Below are positions 13,114-28,553 of a DNA stretch of 64,000 nt, piece by piece. The stretch lies in assembly GCF_009914755.1 (NCBI RefSeq), contig NC_060930.1, one strand, 5' to 3'. How positions within the stretch are numbered: position 1 is the first letter of the stretch; the number at the start of each line of letters is the position of its first letter. Source of the stretch: the human T2T-CHM13v2.0 reference genome, Homo sapiens. The notes beneath the pieces were generated by a model. It did no database searches, was not told the origin of the DNA, and was given only the letters and a program-made list of their open reading frames with translations. Position numbers and translations under genes: made by a program.

Positions 13114-15635
13114 CTGAAAAATAAATCAGAGTTGTAGACAGCTGTCTATTATATCATGAATAATCCTGGAAAAATAAAACACCAAGTATAATATAGCATA
13201 TGCAAATCTAGAAAATGTGGAAGTCATGTTTTATTTTCCTTTGCTTTATTTATTCATGATCCTATTCTTGAAGGTTTCAATCAGGGACTAAGATTTAACA
13301 ACAGGAAAAGAAAAGAAATATAAAATGTCAACAACCCACGGTACTCAGGAACTTGGCAGAAAAATAAAAACCTGAAAATGTAGCCGCCATGCATTTATAG
13401 TTGTTGCTGTTGTTACTGCCCAATTCTCTGCCTTTCTTTTGTCTTTATTGAGCAAGTGAATCAGCTAATATATCAAAATGGATAAGACTCAACATATTCT
13501 ACTCTGTCATTTATCATGTCACTAAGCTATGCTGTATACGAATTATTCTAATTGTAACAATAATATACTACCATTTACAAGAAATGACACAGATATTAAT
13601 TAACATTAATTATTTCTATAATGATGTTGTTCATCAAAGCAAAAAACAATGGAGAAAAATTACAAGAACATATGTAGATATTCACATTGTCTTCTTTCCT
13701 TATTGATCTCTGTCTTTTTCTAGAAAACATTCAGGTCTAACAATCCTTTCATTGTCACCCAAACCAAACTGGGAGGTGAATTTTCCATTCAACTGGAAAA
13801 TACTGGCAGAACTAAAGACTCCAAAGACTAGAATCCATCCTTCACTGCTTCCCAAGTGTATTCTTTCCTCATTCAAGACTAACTTGAATCATCTAACTTA
13901 ATCAACGTAACTACTCTATGAAACTCATGGCCATGGCAACATCTACAGAGTAAAAAAACTAACACACAACAAAAACTTTAATTCATTGATTTGATAAAAA
14001 GAAAAAAGTCAAGGGATTTCCGATGCCTCTCTTAACTCATTAAAGATAGTCAAATTCTTGCTAAATGGAAATCAGTAGGGAAAATAATACAAAAAGTCTG
14101 ACTTGGGGGCTTTCATAAATTTTTGTTTTTGAGATTAAAATCACAGTTCTGTAAAAACAATCAGCATGCTAAACAGATGGCAAGCCCAAACTGGGATTCT
14201 AGTTCAATATATTTAATGTGCAATCTGAAATGAACTCTGGTGGCCATTTAATTTAAAATCTTAGATTACAAAAATCTACATATGTGCAAATTTATCTTCG
14301 GTAGAATCTAATGCTTAGGTTTTAAATGTTATTTGCCAGTCTTATGACTATTCACAGCATCCAGACTCCCAACTTCACCACTTTCATTTCAGACGTTACC
14401 TGAAGTCCACAGGTTGGAAGAAAGACGAGGCTTTCTAATTATTTTAAAAATCGTTTTATATGTTTAGCTCTATGCTAAGATTTTCCCCACCAGACACAAG
14501 AGTAAAGTGATGATACTTTCAATTTAGTCCAGTTAGACCGAAAACACAGTCTTTGCTATGACTGCCCACCAGCTAACCAGGCAATGAGAACTAGGATCAT
14601 CCTAAAAATTCCCAGATAAACTGTGATTTTGCTGCCTCCTAGGTAGCAACTGGATACTGTTTGGTAGCCATGGCAAGATTCAGCCATATCTTGTTCTAAA
14701 ATTATACAGAATGAGAAAGTAAGATTTCCCATGAAAATACCTAGAGTATATGAGCAAACAATGCCTATACAGCAATGAGAGAAACACCACAAATATTTAA
14801 CCCGCTAATTCTTTAATTTTTTATTTTTTTTAGGTCTAGCACTTATACACTTGTTTTAACACACCCCTCATTTTAAATCTGACATTTTCCCCTTGTATAA
14901 ATTTCTCTATTTCTAAGTCATCACTCTCTCACGCCAGTTCTTTTCATTTTGTCTATTTAGTCCGCACTTACTCTGCATTTTAACACTATTTTGAAAGCAT
15001 ACCTAGACATCTTACACACTGTAAAGAAGACAGAGTAGCTCTGCATCCTCAATTCTTACATATCTAAGAGTGGGCAAATGATTTATTTATTATCTGTTAT
15101 GCAGAAAATGGATAGGATTTACTTTAAGTGATAATTTTGTTTTGGTGTCTTTAAATGCTGCTTACTTTGGCACTCATTGTATTAAAAACTCATTTAAAAT
15201 TGGGATAGAGTAGCTTTATTAGTCCTACACAATGTATATAAAGCACAATCATAATTTCAGTGACCAATACTTTATTAACTGATATGGAAAAACAAAGAGT
15301 TGTGGAAAGAAATAGCTTTCTAAGAATTGACAAAGTCAATATGTTATTTGAAATTGACATTTTTTTCCACAGTTTGAATGTATGCTTTAAAGGGCCCTGA
15401 TGTTGATAAAATAGTGACTTAGACATAATTTTGCACTCACTTTAGGATAGTACTCAGAAACATATGAACAACCAAAGTAAACACACACACACAGACTAAA
15501 AATCAAAACTTGATTGTTTTGAGCTGCGTGGAATTAATAACTCAGAGGGAGTTACTGTATAACTGTATTTTTTTCTTAATTGGCATGCACCTTAAATTTT
15601 TTCAGTTTTTACTGAGGTGGGAACTTCTCAGGGTT

Positions 15636-15718
15636 GTGTGTATAGATACACACATATACATATACACATATGCAGTACATACATGTACATCTATATGTGT
15701 GTATATACACATACATGT
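15636..15718. repeat. Alternating purine-pyrimidine (CA/TA/TG) low-complexity tract, partly self-complementary
   Basis: tgtgtatagatacacacatata...tatatgtgtgtatatacaca. Confidence 0.75.
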
Positions 15719-16432
15719 GAAAGGTGCTATAGCATACAAACTTCTCTGAATACTATTCACTTAGACATGGGCTGATAACTATATGCACATGCATTTTTAT
15801 ATTAGAATATTTATAAACAGCAGTGATTTGAGATGGTTCTACTACTATAAAATCCATTCAAAGAAATTTTTCTCAAAGATTCCAACAATAAAGTTGCCTA
15901 AATTATTGACCTTAATCCATTATTTCTCATACCTAACCAACAACTGCATTGTATTTCTGAGGTATAAATACATAAATAAAAATTTAACATTTAAAATCAA
16001 AATAATTACTTGAATTGCCATAGAATAACCGAAAGCAAAAAGATATTGTTTGGAAACCACTGATATTTATGAGCTGGCCATAAGAGCTACTATAAGTATT
16101 AAATAACTTCAAGATATAACCTACAGGGTCAGTGACTCAGAGGTATGATAGTAAATCGTATTTATAACAAATAAAAAACCATAATGGTGGTGAAACAATG
16201 GAGAACACATTCATGAATTCATTATCTGTCAATCGTTTTGGAATATGATATATGTTCTTGCTCCTCCTCAATTTCCGATTTTCTTTTTTCAAATCTTTAT
16301 TGGGTATTCCATATATTGTAATTTTATATAACATTTCTTTTTTTGTTGTTTTTTGCATTTCTAGTAAAAAGAAAGAATTGGAAAAGGCTGTAGTCAAAAA
16401 TTTTATCAGAAACTTGGAAGGAAACAAAGTGA

Positions 16433-16815
<383 letters not shown>

Positions 16816-16879
16816 TCATGCAATGAGTGGTTATATTTCAATGTTTAGATCAAGTCATCCATCTATAATGAAACATAAA

Positions 16880-17690
16880 GAAATTTTATTACTATATACA
16901 GTGTACTATCCTAAGTATTCTAGAAGGTACTAAAGTGAATAAAGCATAATCTTAGACCTCAAGGAGCTTCCATTTGTTTATCAAAGATGTTAAGCTAAGA
17001 AAAAAAATAAACAATATATTTACAAGTGGTATATAAGTAGAAAAAAATGCTATAGGAATTCAAGAGGGAGAAATAACTTCCACCTTTCAAATGGAGTAGA
17101 CATTTGTGTTAGGTCTCAATGGATAGAAGCAAGATCTTTAGACCTCATTTAGATAAATAATACAAAAAATGGAAGAAACGAGTTGAATAAAAACGTAGAA
17201 CACAGTTGGAGAAAATTTGCAATCCCACTTGGTTGCTGTACAAGTATCATATAGGAGATAATACAGGAAAGGTTGGTTGGGAAAAGATGAGGCAAACTTT
17301 AGATGTCATGGTAAGAGGCTGAACTTACCTGATAGGCCATGAGAAGTCATTGAGGGTTTCTGAGCAGGAAGTTAACATAGTAAAATAACATTAATAAGAT
17401 TAATTTGGAGGCTGTGTCAATTGTGGAGACATTGAATGTAGAGAAATCAAAAGAATGTGATGTGTTAGCAGAGAGATTAGGGCTAAGTAAGGAGGGGGAC
17501 AGCAGGAACACGCAGGATAGGGGCTACTGATGTGGAAGGAAAACTGAAAAACTTGGTGGTTACTTGGATTTGAGTTATGTGAATGGATACAATATAGCTA
17601 ATGTGTTAATACCAAATGACAAAGAAAATTAAGGTGCTCTTAAATGAACAGAGAAAGTTAAAGAAGAGACACAGATTGGGGGGTAAAATG
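16880..17690 (-). mobile_element. L2 fragment(s)
   Basis: Purine-rich antisense L2 motifs: gacctcaaggagctt, gataggccatgagaagtcattgagggtttctgagcagg. Confidence 0.6.
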
Positions 17691-17924
17691 ATCCAATAAT
17701 TTCTTACTGCTTATTTATTGCTTTCTGTTGGCCAAAAAGTATACTAGAAACTAAGGAGGCAAAGATCAATTTGACAATGTCCCTAGCTGGGAAGCAAGGC
17801 ATACGAGCAATACTTGAACTGATTTCTGTGTTTTAGATAACTTGGAGAGCATTAAGAAGAGAAAGAGGTCTAAGTGGAGGCATCAGTCTACCTAAGTCAG
17901 GAGTTGGGGTACTCCCATCCTTTC

Positions 17925-18080
17925 AGAGATAAGAGAAAGAAAAAGAGAGAAGGTAATAGATAAGGATAGGGTAAGAGAAAAGAGAGAAGAAGAAAAAGGA
18001 GAGGGCAAAAGAGAAATGGAGAGAAGAGGATGCTCTGAGAGAGAGGGAGAAAGAGGGAAACGGAACAGAAACAGAGATGA
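17925..18080. repeat. GA-rich polypurine low-complexity tract
   Basis: About 150 nt, almost entirely A/G on the plus strand. Confidence 0.85.
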
Positions 18081-18199
18081 GCATGTGTTAGTGAGCATGA
18101 CAGGGGGCAGGTGAGTTTGAAGGGAAGGTGGTGTTAAGCACATATGTTACAAATTCATTCACAAGAGAGGCCAAAGAGAATTGCATAAAATCTAGTGTC

Positions 18200-18307
18200 T
18201 GCCCCATTTTTCAGATAAAAAAAAAAAGAATTGAATGAAAGAAAGCTGACTTTTCTAAAAAGACCCACTAAGTCAAAAGCAGAGGTCAGTACCAGAAACC
18301 AGATCTC
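18200..18307 (-). mobile_element. MIR fragment
   Basis: ccccatttttcagataaa...agaaaccagatct resembles the MIR core. Confidence 0.55.
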
Positions 18308-18310
18308 AAA

Positions 18311-18440
18311 ACACAAAATATTAAGTGTTTGAGGTGATGGATAAGTAGCTTCACTTCACTATTCCCTGTTGTATTCATAAATTATAACACACTTTGTATC
18401 CCATACATTTATACATTTATAAATTGTCAACTTATAACTT
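18311..18440 (+). mobile_element. L1MA-type 3' end fragment
   Basis: aagtgtttgaggtgatggata...cactttgtatcccata...tataaattgtcaa. Confidence 0.7.
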
Positions 18441-18510
18441 TAGAAACACCATGATGTCACTTTCTCAGGTCATTCTACTTTTCTTTTTTGAAATTTGTGT
18501 TTAGTGTACT

Positions 18511-18708
18511 CAAGCTTGTCCAACCTACCCCATTTTGTTGTTGTTCTGTTGTTTTGCTTTAGGCTTTTAGCAGCCTGAAGCCATGGTTTTTAGTTTCTGT
18601 TTCTAGTGATAAGTGGAAAAGAGGGATGAGGAAGGGGTTCATTGGCCCAACCAGAAACAGAAACTAAGAACCCATGACATGACTGTTTATTTCCCTTGGA
18701 CACCCCAT
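18511..18708 (-). mobile_element. MER30B-like hAT MITE
   Basis: Termini caagcttgtccaa / ttggacacccc; internal gcagcctgaagccatggtttttagtttctg and cagaaacagaaactaagaacccatgac. Confidence 0.8.
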
Positions 18709-21332
18709 CAATCAGGGAGTTCAGACTGGGAAAAAGCTATGACATAGGACTAAGCAGAGGAATTAAGAAGGCTGAAGGTCCTGTGTGTTTTCATATACTT
18801 GAAGAACAAAGTCAGGGGCTAGGGGGAGTGCAGATAGAACATTAAGAAGCTGGTAAAAGGACTGGAACCAGAAGTAAAATCCAGTGCTCTTCCATTCTAC
18901 TCTTTAGCTGATGAATCTTGACTTATTTTATTATACGCTCTTATCTACAAACAAAGGCATAAAGCTCTCTTCCATTATTTCATTTCCAGTAAGTCCAAGG
19001 AAAACAGTTAACTGTTAAATTAAAAATACATATATTCAATAGGAACTGTTAACATTACCTGGTTTTCTTTATCTTCCCTGTCAAATGTTGATCAGCAAGT
19101 TTTACTAACTTTTCCTACTTCTTTTTTGCCTTTTATTGTGCACCTAATTCTTAATTGTTACAGTGAGAAAGGCTACATGAAATCAGGATGAAATATAAAG
19201 AAATGTCAGAAAATTTATATATTAAATCTTCAGTATTACATAATTAGCAGGTAAATAAAGAAGTAACATATCACTGCCCCCACTTAAATTCTAAATAGAT
19301 CAAGTATGGTATTTATGCCTGTAATAACTTATGTGTTAAATGTTTAACCCAACTTGATAGGCTAAAATGAAGAAGTACTTAATAATTCTCTAAAGGTTAA
19401 TAAAAGTAAAGACAACATGAACAAAAAGAACCTGTTGACTTTGAGTCACCTCTCAAGAGCAAGATGATTTAACACGTGGTTCTAGATAACAGATAAAAGG
19501 GAATTTAATTTTGTTTTTGGCACTTGCTAAACAACTCAGGACATGACAGGTCAATATCCCTGTCTTTTTGTAGCGATAATTTCTAGTTATTCTGAAAGAG
19601 TTGTGAAAACAAAAGCTTTAGCATCTATAAGAGAATGGAAGGCAGGGATCATATTTCCCTAGAATCAGTTTTTAATGATAAAACTTATTATGCAGCTGTC
19701 AGTCAGAGAAAAATAGAAGATGTCCCAAAGCTCGTGCCAAGGAAAAATAAAAAAAAGAAAGTTCTTGTCAAAGATGTACACAAACTAAGAACGCTGAAGC
19801 ATGACAGGAGCTTCGTGCTCCTGGCTGCCTTTTCATCAGAAATCTTAGAAGCTGACTGCAAAACAGAACTTTCATTCCATTTATCAAAACAAATACAAGA
19901 AAAGTGAATTTTCTGACTGCCAGAGAAAATATTTGTTAGTGTAAATAAAAAAGAATTGAGATGAAATTTCTGGACAAAGGTGAAATAAAAAAATAAAAAT
20001 AAAAGCAAAGAAAACAGTGCTGCACCTTGGGGAAGGAAAACTTAAGGTCTTTGAAAGACATTGTCTTTTACTCTTACCTTTAGGTGCTTTGTAATTTTTA
20101 TTCTTTTCCTCATGGAAAGGGTTGAGGATAATCAAGGTTTTACATTTCACTTCTTTTCAATGTTACAGCATCATTAGTCTTGCCAAAAAGATTTCATCTC
20201 TGCTCCCATGGGTCAAATTGAGTTAATGATAAGTCGGTGAGATGACTTGATTAGTACTGTAACGTGAGGGAGCCTCAGGTCCAGGAATAATCACAAGCCA
20301 ACTGTCAGCTCTTTAGGCTTTCTGGCTGTGTTGCTGAAATGACATGCTTGGACTCGAGGGATATAAAGTGACAGAGGGTGGATGGCTCACTCAGCTCTCC
20401 TGCAGAATCACAGTAATATTTACCCAGTGCCATCAGAACCACACTAAGCACATCATCAATTAAAAACAAAACAAGTCATCACCACTGCTCTCAACACTCT
20501 TACTGAAGTTTATCAGATAATTTTAATAAAATTAACACTTGGATCCTCTCTGCATTAATGCCAAGGAAATTGTTTGATTTTAAAGGACAGTACTACCCAA
20601 GTGACATGGAAAAAAAGGCAAAGATAATTCTTTTACCAATAGATAGATAAAGCCCACTAAATGTCTTATCATCAGACCTAATTCCCAAAATGACGGTGAC
20701 TGAAAATTTGGAGACCCTTTAATGTCTTTCACTTAACATTTTTTGGTAATGTTATTAGACTGTTGAAAAATATGTAACTACAATCAATGAATCCACTTCG
20801 ATTCATCTCTGATATTGCACATCACATTCACATGTTATTTAAATAAAACTTAAAAATAGGTAACTGTCTATACTTGGAAAAATATATTTTCTTAATTTAT
20901 AGAAGAAAATAAGAAGAGAATAATCTACTTCTGTAGGATCAAGCTTTATTTTTCATAAAATTTTTTAGCAACAGTATAAATCATAGACACAAAAAGGTAG
21001 AGTGATTTGTGTACAACCCTAAAAAAATGTAATATGGAAAACACTGCTTCATAATATACAGTGTAAAAAGTAAGGTGACTTTAGAGGAGCTGTACATAGC
21101 AAAGACAAAATTCTAAGGGGGATTTTCAATGCCTCCTTTATCCCTAAAAGAAGATAAATTACCTACCTCTTATGTTGTTCTGAAAAATGAGGTAATATTT
21201 TGCATGCCAAGTACAGTGGTTGATCCATAGTATATGGTTGGAAATTTTTATTTTCTGAACAATAAAGCAGGTAGTTTCAATATGTTTCAAGCTTAAAAGC
21301 TAATGAAAATGAAACCTAAAAACCCAGTTCTC

Positions 21333-21768
21333 TGTGGCAGTTGAAATAATTCCAATTATTCATTTCTTCTTGTTGTCACACTGTTTGCCATGTGACTTTG
21401 CAACTGCTCACACCAAATGGGGTCTGCTTCCCCATGCTTTGATTTTGGCCTTGCTGTGTGACTTGTTTTGGTCAGCAGAATAAGGCAAAAGTGTGGGTGT
21501 GCTAGTTGTCAGCCTATATCTCAAAAAGTCCTCTGTTCTCCTGCTTGCTCATACCTCTTCTAGAATATGAGATACATGTGGAACAGAGCCAAGTTACCCG
21601 AGTCGTACCAGCAGAAGCCAACCTATAGCCAGTCCATCAGTGGATATGTAAGTCAGCCAAGATCATCAGAGGCTACTAGTCAACCATCCCACAAGTATAA
21701 TTAATACGTGCCTGCTCTGTGCCACTGATGAGAGTTTGTGGTTAGTTGTTACTCAGCATTTTGAAACA
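21333..21768 (+). mobile_element. MLT1 (old MaLR) LTR
   Basis: tgtggcag start, gccatgtgactttgca, tgtgacttgttttggtca, gagtttgtggttagttgttactcagca end. Confidence 0.75.
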
Positions 21769-24359
21769 GGCATTATTTCTAATATCTTCATTCGGTAAAT
21801 TACCTTAATATTTATGTGAAGATTCTATCAGTGATATCTACACTAAAATAGTACAGTAATTTAAGAATTGCATTTCTATACTAATCTGTTGTGCTGAACT
21901 TAAATAGCATCCTGTTTTTAATAATAGAAAACACTTATTAAGTGCTTAAATGTCCCAGATACCACGGTAGTATGGTATATGCCTTAAAACGACTTTTAAT
22001 GGATATATTTTTGTCTTCGCTTGCTGTATGCTCTTTGAGGAGGGGTTAATTTCTTCACTACACTCCCACAGAGAATAATAAACTAAATATTGGAATAATA
22101 ATTCTATAAATAATAAGACATATCAATACTTTATTACAAACTGTAGTAGGTTACCAGTAACTTACCCCTCCAGCACTGCAATATAACATTGATTAAATTT
22201 AACTTTTTTATGTCAATATGATTTTGTAGGTATATATAAGAGAATCTGTTAGTTGGAATTTCTTTACTCTTGACTGAATAGGACAGAAAATAATACATTT
22301 ATATATATATATATATATTTTTTCTTTTTTATCCAAATCCCTCTAATACTGCTTAGGTGCATAAATAGTACATGTTTTTCTCAACTACATAACTCCCTTG
22401 TAAATATTTTATATCTCCCCTTGAATTGGTCAGTCAATTCAGTCTAGTAAAATCATCATGAAGTATACTAGTTAATAAAATGCTAAGAGGGCCCAGTTTT
22501 AAGTGAGACTATCTCGTGACATGGAGCTCTTCTCCCCTCCCCCAAATAAATCATTACAATTACATTATAATGATATTCCAAGTATGTTCTTCTCATTTTG
22601 TTCCTTAGAAAGATTATGATTTTAACACATCAACTTAGGTCCTTCTTTCCTTCTAGAAACTTATTAGAGAGACTAATTTGCTTTTCATCACACATCTGGA
22701 AGATAAAGAGAACAATTCTACATTATAATAGAAACAGGATATAATATACAAAAGTCAGCATGACTATTGATACACACTTTAACACCTCATTTGATTTTAT
22801 AAAATGTAAGTGTCTGGTAACATGCTTGCTTCAGGGAATAGAGAGACAGATAAGGACTGCAGGGTTGATGATTATTTGTCCATTTCCTTTTCTGAAGCCA
22901 CCATTTATTTTATGCCTTCATGCATGATTAACAGCTTGCAGATCCTTCACATATAATCAATAGTTGTGAAGTCTTATATTAGGTTTAGAGATTAGACAGC
23001 CTTGATTATAAATTTTATTGATTTGTACAGCTTAGCTGCAGAAATCCCTGTACATTTTTCAGAGATTAAATTAAAAGGAGATATATGGCCTGCACATACT
23101 AGAAATGCTAGTGTGATTATAAGGTGTGACCTCTTTATACTCATTCCTCTAGATGAATAAAACCTATCTAGTGCACCAAAACATGAATCAGCATGTCAAC
23201 AAGCATCAAGCTGAGATAGTAAACACAGTGAAAATGTGACAAAAAGAATTACAAAACTGCAAATAAACCTGCCTTAGACTATAATTAATACAGGCGACTT
23301 GCAAGGATTAATTGCTTCAGCTCATTTGTAAATTAGGAAATTGACAAAGATAAGAATAATGAACTCCTTCACTTCTACCTGGAAAATCTGAGAACATATT
23401 AAAATGGAAGAGTCATGATCTTTTTTGAGATAATGGAATGAAGACAAATTTTTTTAAATTACTAGAATAAATATGGTCATTTGAAAGTTAGGAAATAACT
23501 TAGGGACTATTAAAATCATAGCAAACTCAGCCTTATGAATATTCTCACTTTAAAAGCTTTCATAGTGCTGCTATATATTTTATGTCCAGTAATTTTAAGG
23601 ACTGAGGTTGTCCAGAAAAATTTTAATAAACATCCATACACTGAAACATTAGGGGAGCCTAATATTTTCCAGTGTCAAAATCTCACCTTTCTCTTTTCAT
23701 GTTTGTAATTTTTTGAACATTAGTTGATCTTTGTTTCTTATGAAATCTCTTTCAATATTCTAATTGATTATATCTCAGAGCTGAATAACTCCTATATATG
23801 AAGACACATAGAATATAAATAAATAAAAGGAAATTCCTCTTGATATATACCTAAATAATTCATTTCTTTACTTTTGAAAAGGTATTCAAAAGTAAGTGTT
23901 AGAGCATGAACTGGCTCGAGCCAGTCTACAGGGTTAGTCAAATGTTCCAGTGTGTTTTATAGTGGCCTTAGAAGAAAATAAAATCTCCTTAAATTGTATA
24001 AGTAAAAAAGTAATTTATGTCTCAAATACTTTATGCAAGGTATTTAATTAAGATATTTTCTATTAAAATCTACTACTATTTTCAAAGGGTTCCATTCCAC
24101 AGGAAATCACAAAATGTTAACAACACATAGAAACGACAACCTAGAAGACTGGTTTCCTTTGTTTCCATAAATATGTCCTGGTAGGGCTACATTTTGAAGT
24201 ATTATGTAGAAGGTTCTAATCTGTATAAATATTCACAGAAGAATAGTAAACAAAGAAGTGTGTAAAAGTGTAAAAGAACTGGGAGATTATTTCATGTTTG
24301 TTCTGTGAATATACTAACTTAGTATTCACATTTTTTTCTACATCCAAATCTAAATTACC

Positions 24360-25240
24360 AGTTCCAACCTAGCTCTTGAATTCTGGCTCTGAATTTCAAA
24401 CTGCCTGTGGATTTCCATCTGGATGCTAATATAATGTTTAAAACAAGATTCATCATCATTTTCCACAAGCACCTCATTCTAACCTTCCTGCTTCTATTAA
24501 GGATGTTAGTTTCCAGACTAAAACCTTAAAGACATCATTGGCTCTTCTGTTTCCCACATAGTACCTCATCTGTTACCACATCTACTTAATACATCATTTA
24601 ATATAATAGCTAGCAATTCTATGTCTTTTTCTTTCATTCAGGTCCTAACTTTCTCTCACCTGAACTATTAGGAAATCTTGCTACCATTAATATTCATAGT
24701 GTATTTTTCATCTAGACCTTTGAAAGTACAGTTCTAATTACATAACCTGTTCACATCCAAATAATTGTTAGAGATTTCCTAGGATGAACAAAATACAGTA
24801 AAATGCCTTTGCCCTAGAGCCCAAAGATCTTCTAACACATAGTGCCACTTTATCTCATGTATTCTCCCAATGCCCTATACTCCTGCCAATGTATTCATCT
24901 GCTACCAAAACTAATGTAGCACTGTCCAACATATGTACCATTATCTATTTCATTCCATCTAATCAGAATACATTCCCCACTATTGATCTCCCTATTGAAA
25001 CACTTCAATGTAGAGTTGGAATATACTATTCTTTCAGTGACAGCTTGGTCAGGAAGTCTGACAAAGTAACAATGTGATAAATAATGTTTTAATCTGTACC
25101 TTTATTAAAGCATTTAATGCATCATGTCTTCCATTCATTTGGGTGTTTGGGCCTCCTATATTAACACGTATGCCCTCTCTAGAGATAAATGGTTTATGTA
25201 AACTGAGTCTTGAAGAAATGGAGCTCAATAAATGTTAAAA
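24360..25240 (+). mobile_element. L2 3' portion, highly diverged
   Basis: caaactgcctgtggatttccatctggatg ... ctcaataaatgtt terminus. Confidence 0.65.
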
Positions 25241-26009
25241 CAAGCAACTAATATGTTTGCAATATATAGCAGATTTTAAAAATATAGAATAAACTCCAAG
25301 ATCAGTTGCCTAGTAGCCATTTAAATGTCAAGAACAAGTATCTTTATCAAATAATTAGCAAGAAATTACAGAGGCCAGATCACTTGCTTAGAATTCAAAG
25401 GTGAATAAGACATGACTCCTTTTCTTATATAACTCACTGTGTGATAAAAGTGAAGGCCCACAGGCAGGTAAATTTATTTTAATGTAATAAAGTCAAAGCA
25501 CTGTTGGAAAAAAGAGGTAAATAAAATTTTAAAAGTCTTAAGACAGGAAAAATAGGGCGTGTCCCCACAGGAGTTACAAATGTGGTCTTTTCCAAAACAT
25601 GACTACATGCTTTCATTGTAAAGTGAGGGGGTATGAAGGACCTTCAGAAATAATAGGGTTGCAGAAAATCTTCCCTGCCATTTTAGACAGGAAAGAACTT
25701 CTATTCAAATTGCCGTATTTATCTACTACTATATCCATTCATCCCAGGTGGAAGAAAGTGTGCATGGGGAAGGAAAATACTTTTGAATGTTAATCTCCAG
25801 CTAAACCTCTTCCTGAACTCCAGACTCATGTATTCAATTACCTACCAAATATTTCAACTTAATTTTCTAATGAGTATCTCAAACAAAATCTCCAAATCCG
25901 AGCTAATGTGATTCCATAGCATGTTCCCTGGCCAAGCTTTCCTATCTCAGTAAAGTCACTCCAGTTCAGTTCAAAAACCTGAGAATCATCCAAAGGCCTT
26001 CCTTCATCT

Positions 26010-26753
26010 TGATATAGACAAGAGGCAGGGAAATGCTGGGTAGAAGAGGGCAGTTCCCCAGCAAAGGCCCCACCCTCAAGCCTGGAAACACGTGGCCCTA
26101 AATGGAAACAGGTATTCCTGTTTTTGCACCCAAATGTTGCCTTTTGGCCTGCCATGCTGCCCTATCCTCTTCCCATATTAACACCAAACCCCAGGTTCCT
26201 TGAGCAGATGAGCAGAAGAACAGAGGAACAGAAGAGTGGAGCGGCAGAGAAGGAGAGAAGACAAGGAGTGTCTAAATGTTGAGGAGCTTGGCTGGGGAAG
26301 GCTGGAGAGGAGATCAGCCGTGAAACAGCCAAACTCCAGGGGAAGATCATCTTCCCACTCCACCCCCTTTCCGGGTCCCCATACATCCCGCTGAGAGCCA
26401 CTACCACTCAATAAAACCCCCTCATTCACCATCCTTCAAGTCTTTGTGTGACCTGATTCTTCCTGGACACCAGACAAAGACCCGGGTACCAAGAAGGCAC
26501 TGAGCTGATTAACACTTAAGCCATCTGCAGATGGCAGAGATAAGGAGCACTGTAACATACCCACTGGGGCTTCAGGAGTCACAGGCACCCACCCCTAGTT
26601 GCTACTGTGGGGCTAGAGCCCAAAAGTGCTCACCCTGGTTCCTGCACCTGCCCATCTGCATGTTCCCCCTCCTGTAAGGGGTTTCAGCTGAACAGGTGAG
26701 CCACACCCCTGTTGAACATCCTGCGATAGGGGTCACAGAACTCTCCCACTTCA
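26010..26753 (+). mobile_element. Solo ERV1-class LTR (MER50-like), 744 bp
   Basis: TG...CA termini, 4-bp TSD ATCT (26006-26009, 26754-26757), AATAAA at 26410-26415, GC-richer than the flanks. Family name from recalled consensus. Confidence 0.88.
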
Positions 26754-27069
26754 ATCTGACACATCACATCCTTTTCATCAGACAATTCTTTTTTTCCCCC
26801 TGCATGATGTTTAGATTAGAATCTGTCCACTTGACCATGACTTCCACCAATGCTATTTATTTCATTTTAGCCATTATCACCTGGGGCTGCAATCAGTGAA
26901 ACTCTCCATACCATATCAAATGAACCCTGCTTCCTCTTTGACCTGTCTTCCCACAGTTTGTTACAGGGATCCTGAAAAAGCCCCCAGTGACTTCCCATCT
27001 GAATCACAGTAGGAGTGGAAGGCCAGGTCCTGCAGATGGTGTCTCCCCACACCATCTCACCTGCACTGA

Positions 27070-27642
<573 letters not shown>

Positions 27643-28080
27643 TATATTCTGTCTTTCCATACTAAAATACTTGGTACGTAATCATTGCTCAATACATATT
27701 TGAGCTGATAAATAACTGACTGAATAAATAGAATGGATCATTGTGTATTCTTTAGTCAGTAAGTTCCTGGCATATAAGTGACCTACACATTTTTACTGAT
27801 TGAAGGTTACTCTTCGGTAACAGAAAAGCCATCAACGAAAGCTTATGTCTGAATGTCTTTATAAAATGAGATTTAAACAACTGACCAGGGTAATGCTCTA
27901 GAAAAACCCTTAACATGGTTTAATGCTAAAGAAGCAAAGTAAAAATATTAATTAGAATAACAAAAATGTCAAATTACTTGGTGAAATCAACTGAGAGGAG
28001 AGGAAAAGGTCATTGTGAAACTTTGAAATGTTCCAAAGGTGAAAAGTCTTGGACAGAAGAAAGTGTAAACATAAAGATGA

Positions 28081-28553
<473 letters not shown>

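Noticed and set aside
19805-19823. Small hairpin caggagc-ttcgt-gctcctg
   Set aside because: A 7-bp stem is expected by chance; not a true cUUCGg tetraloop and too short for a pre-miRNA.
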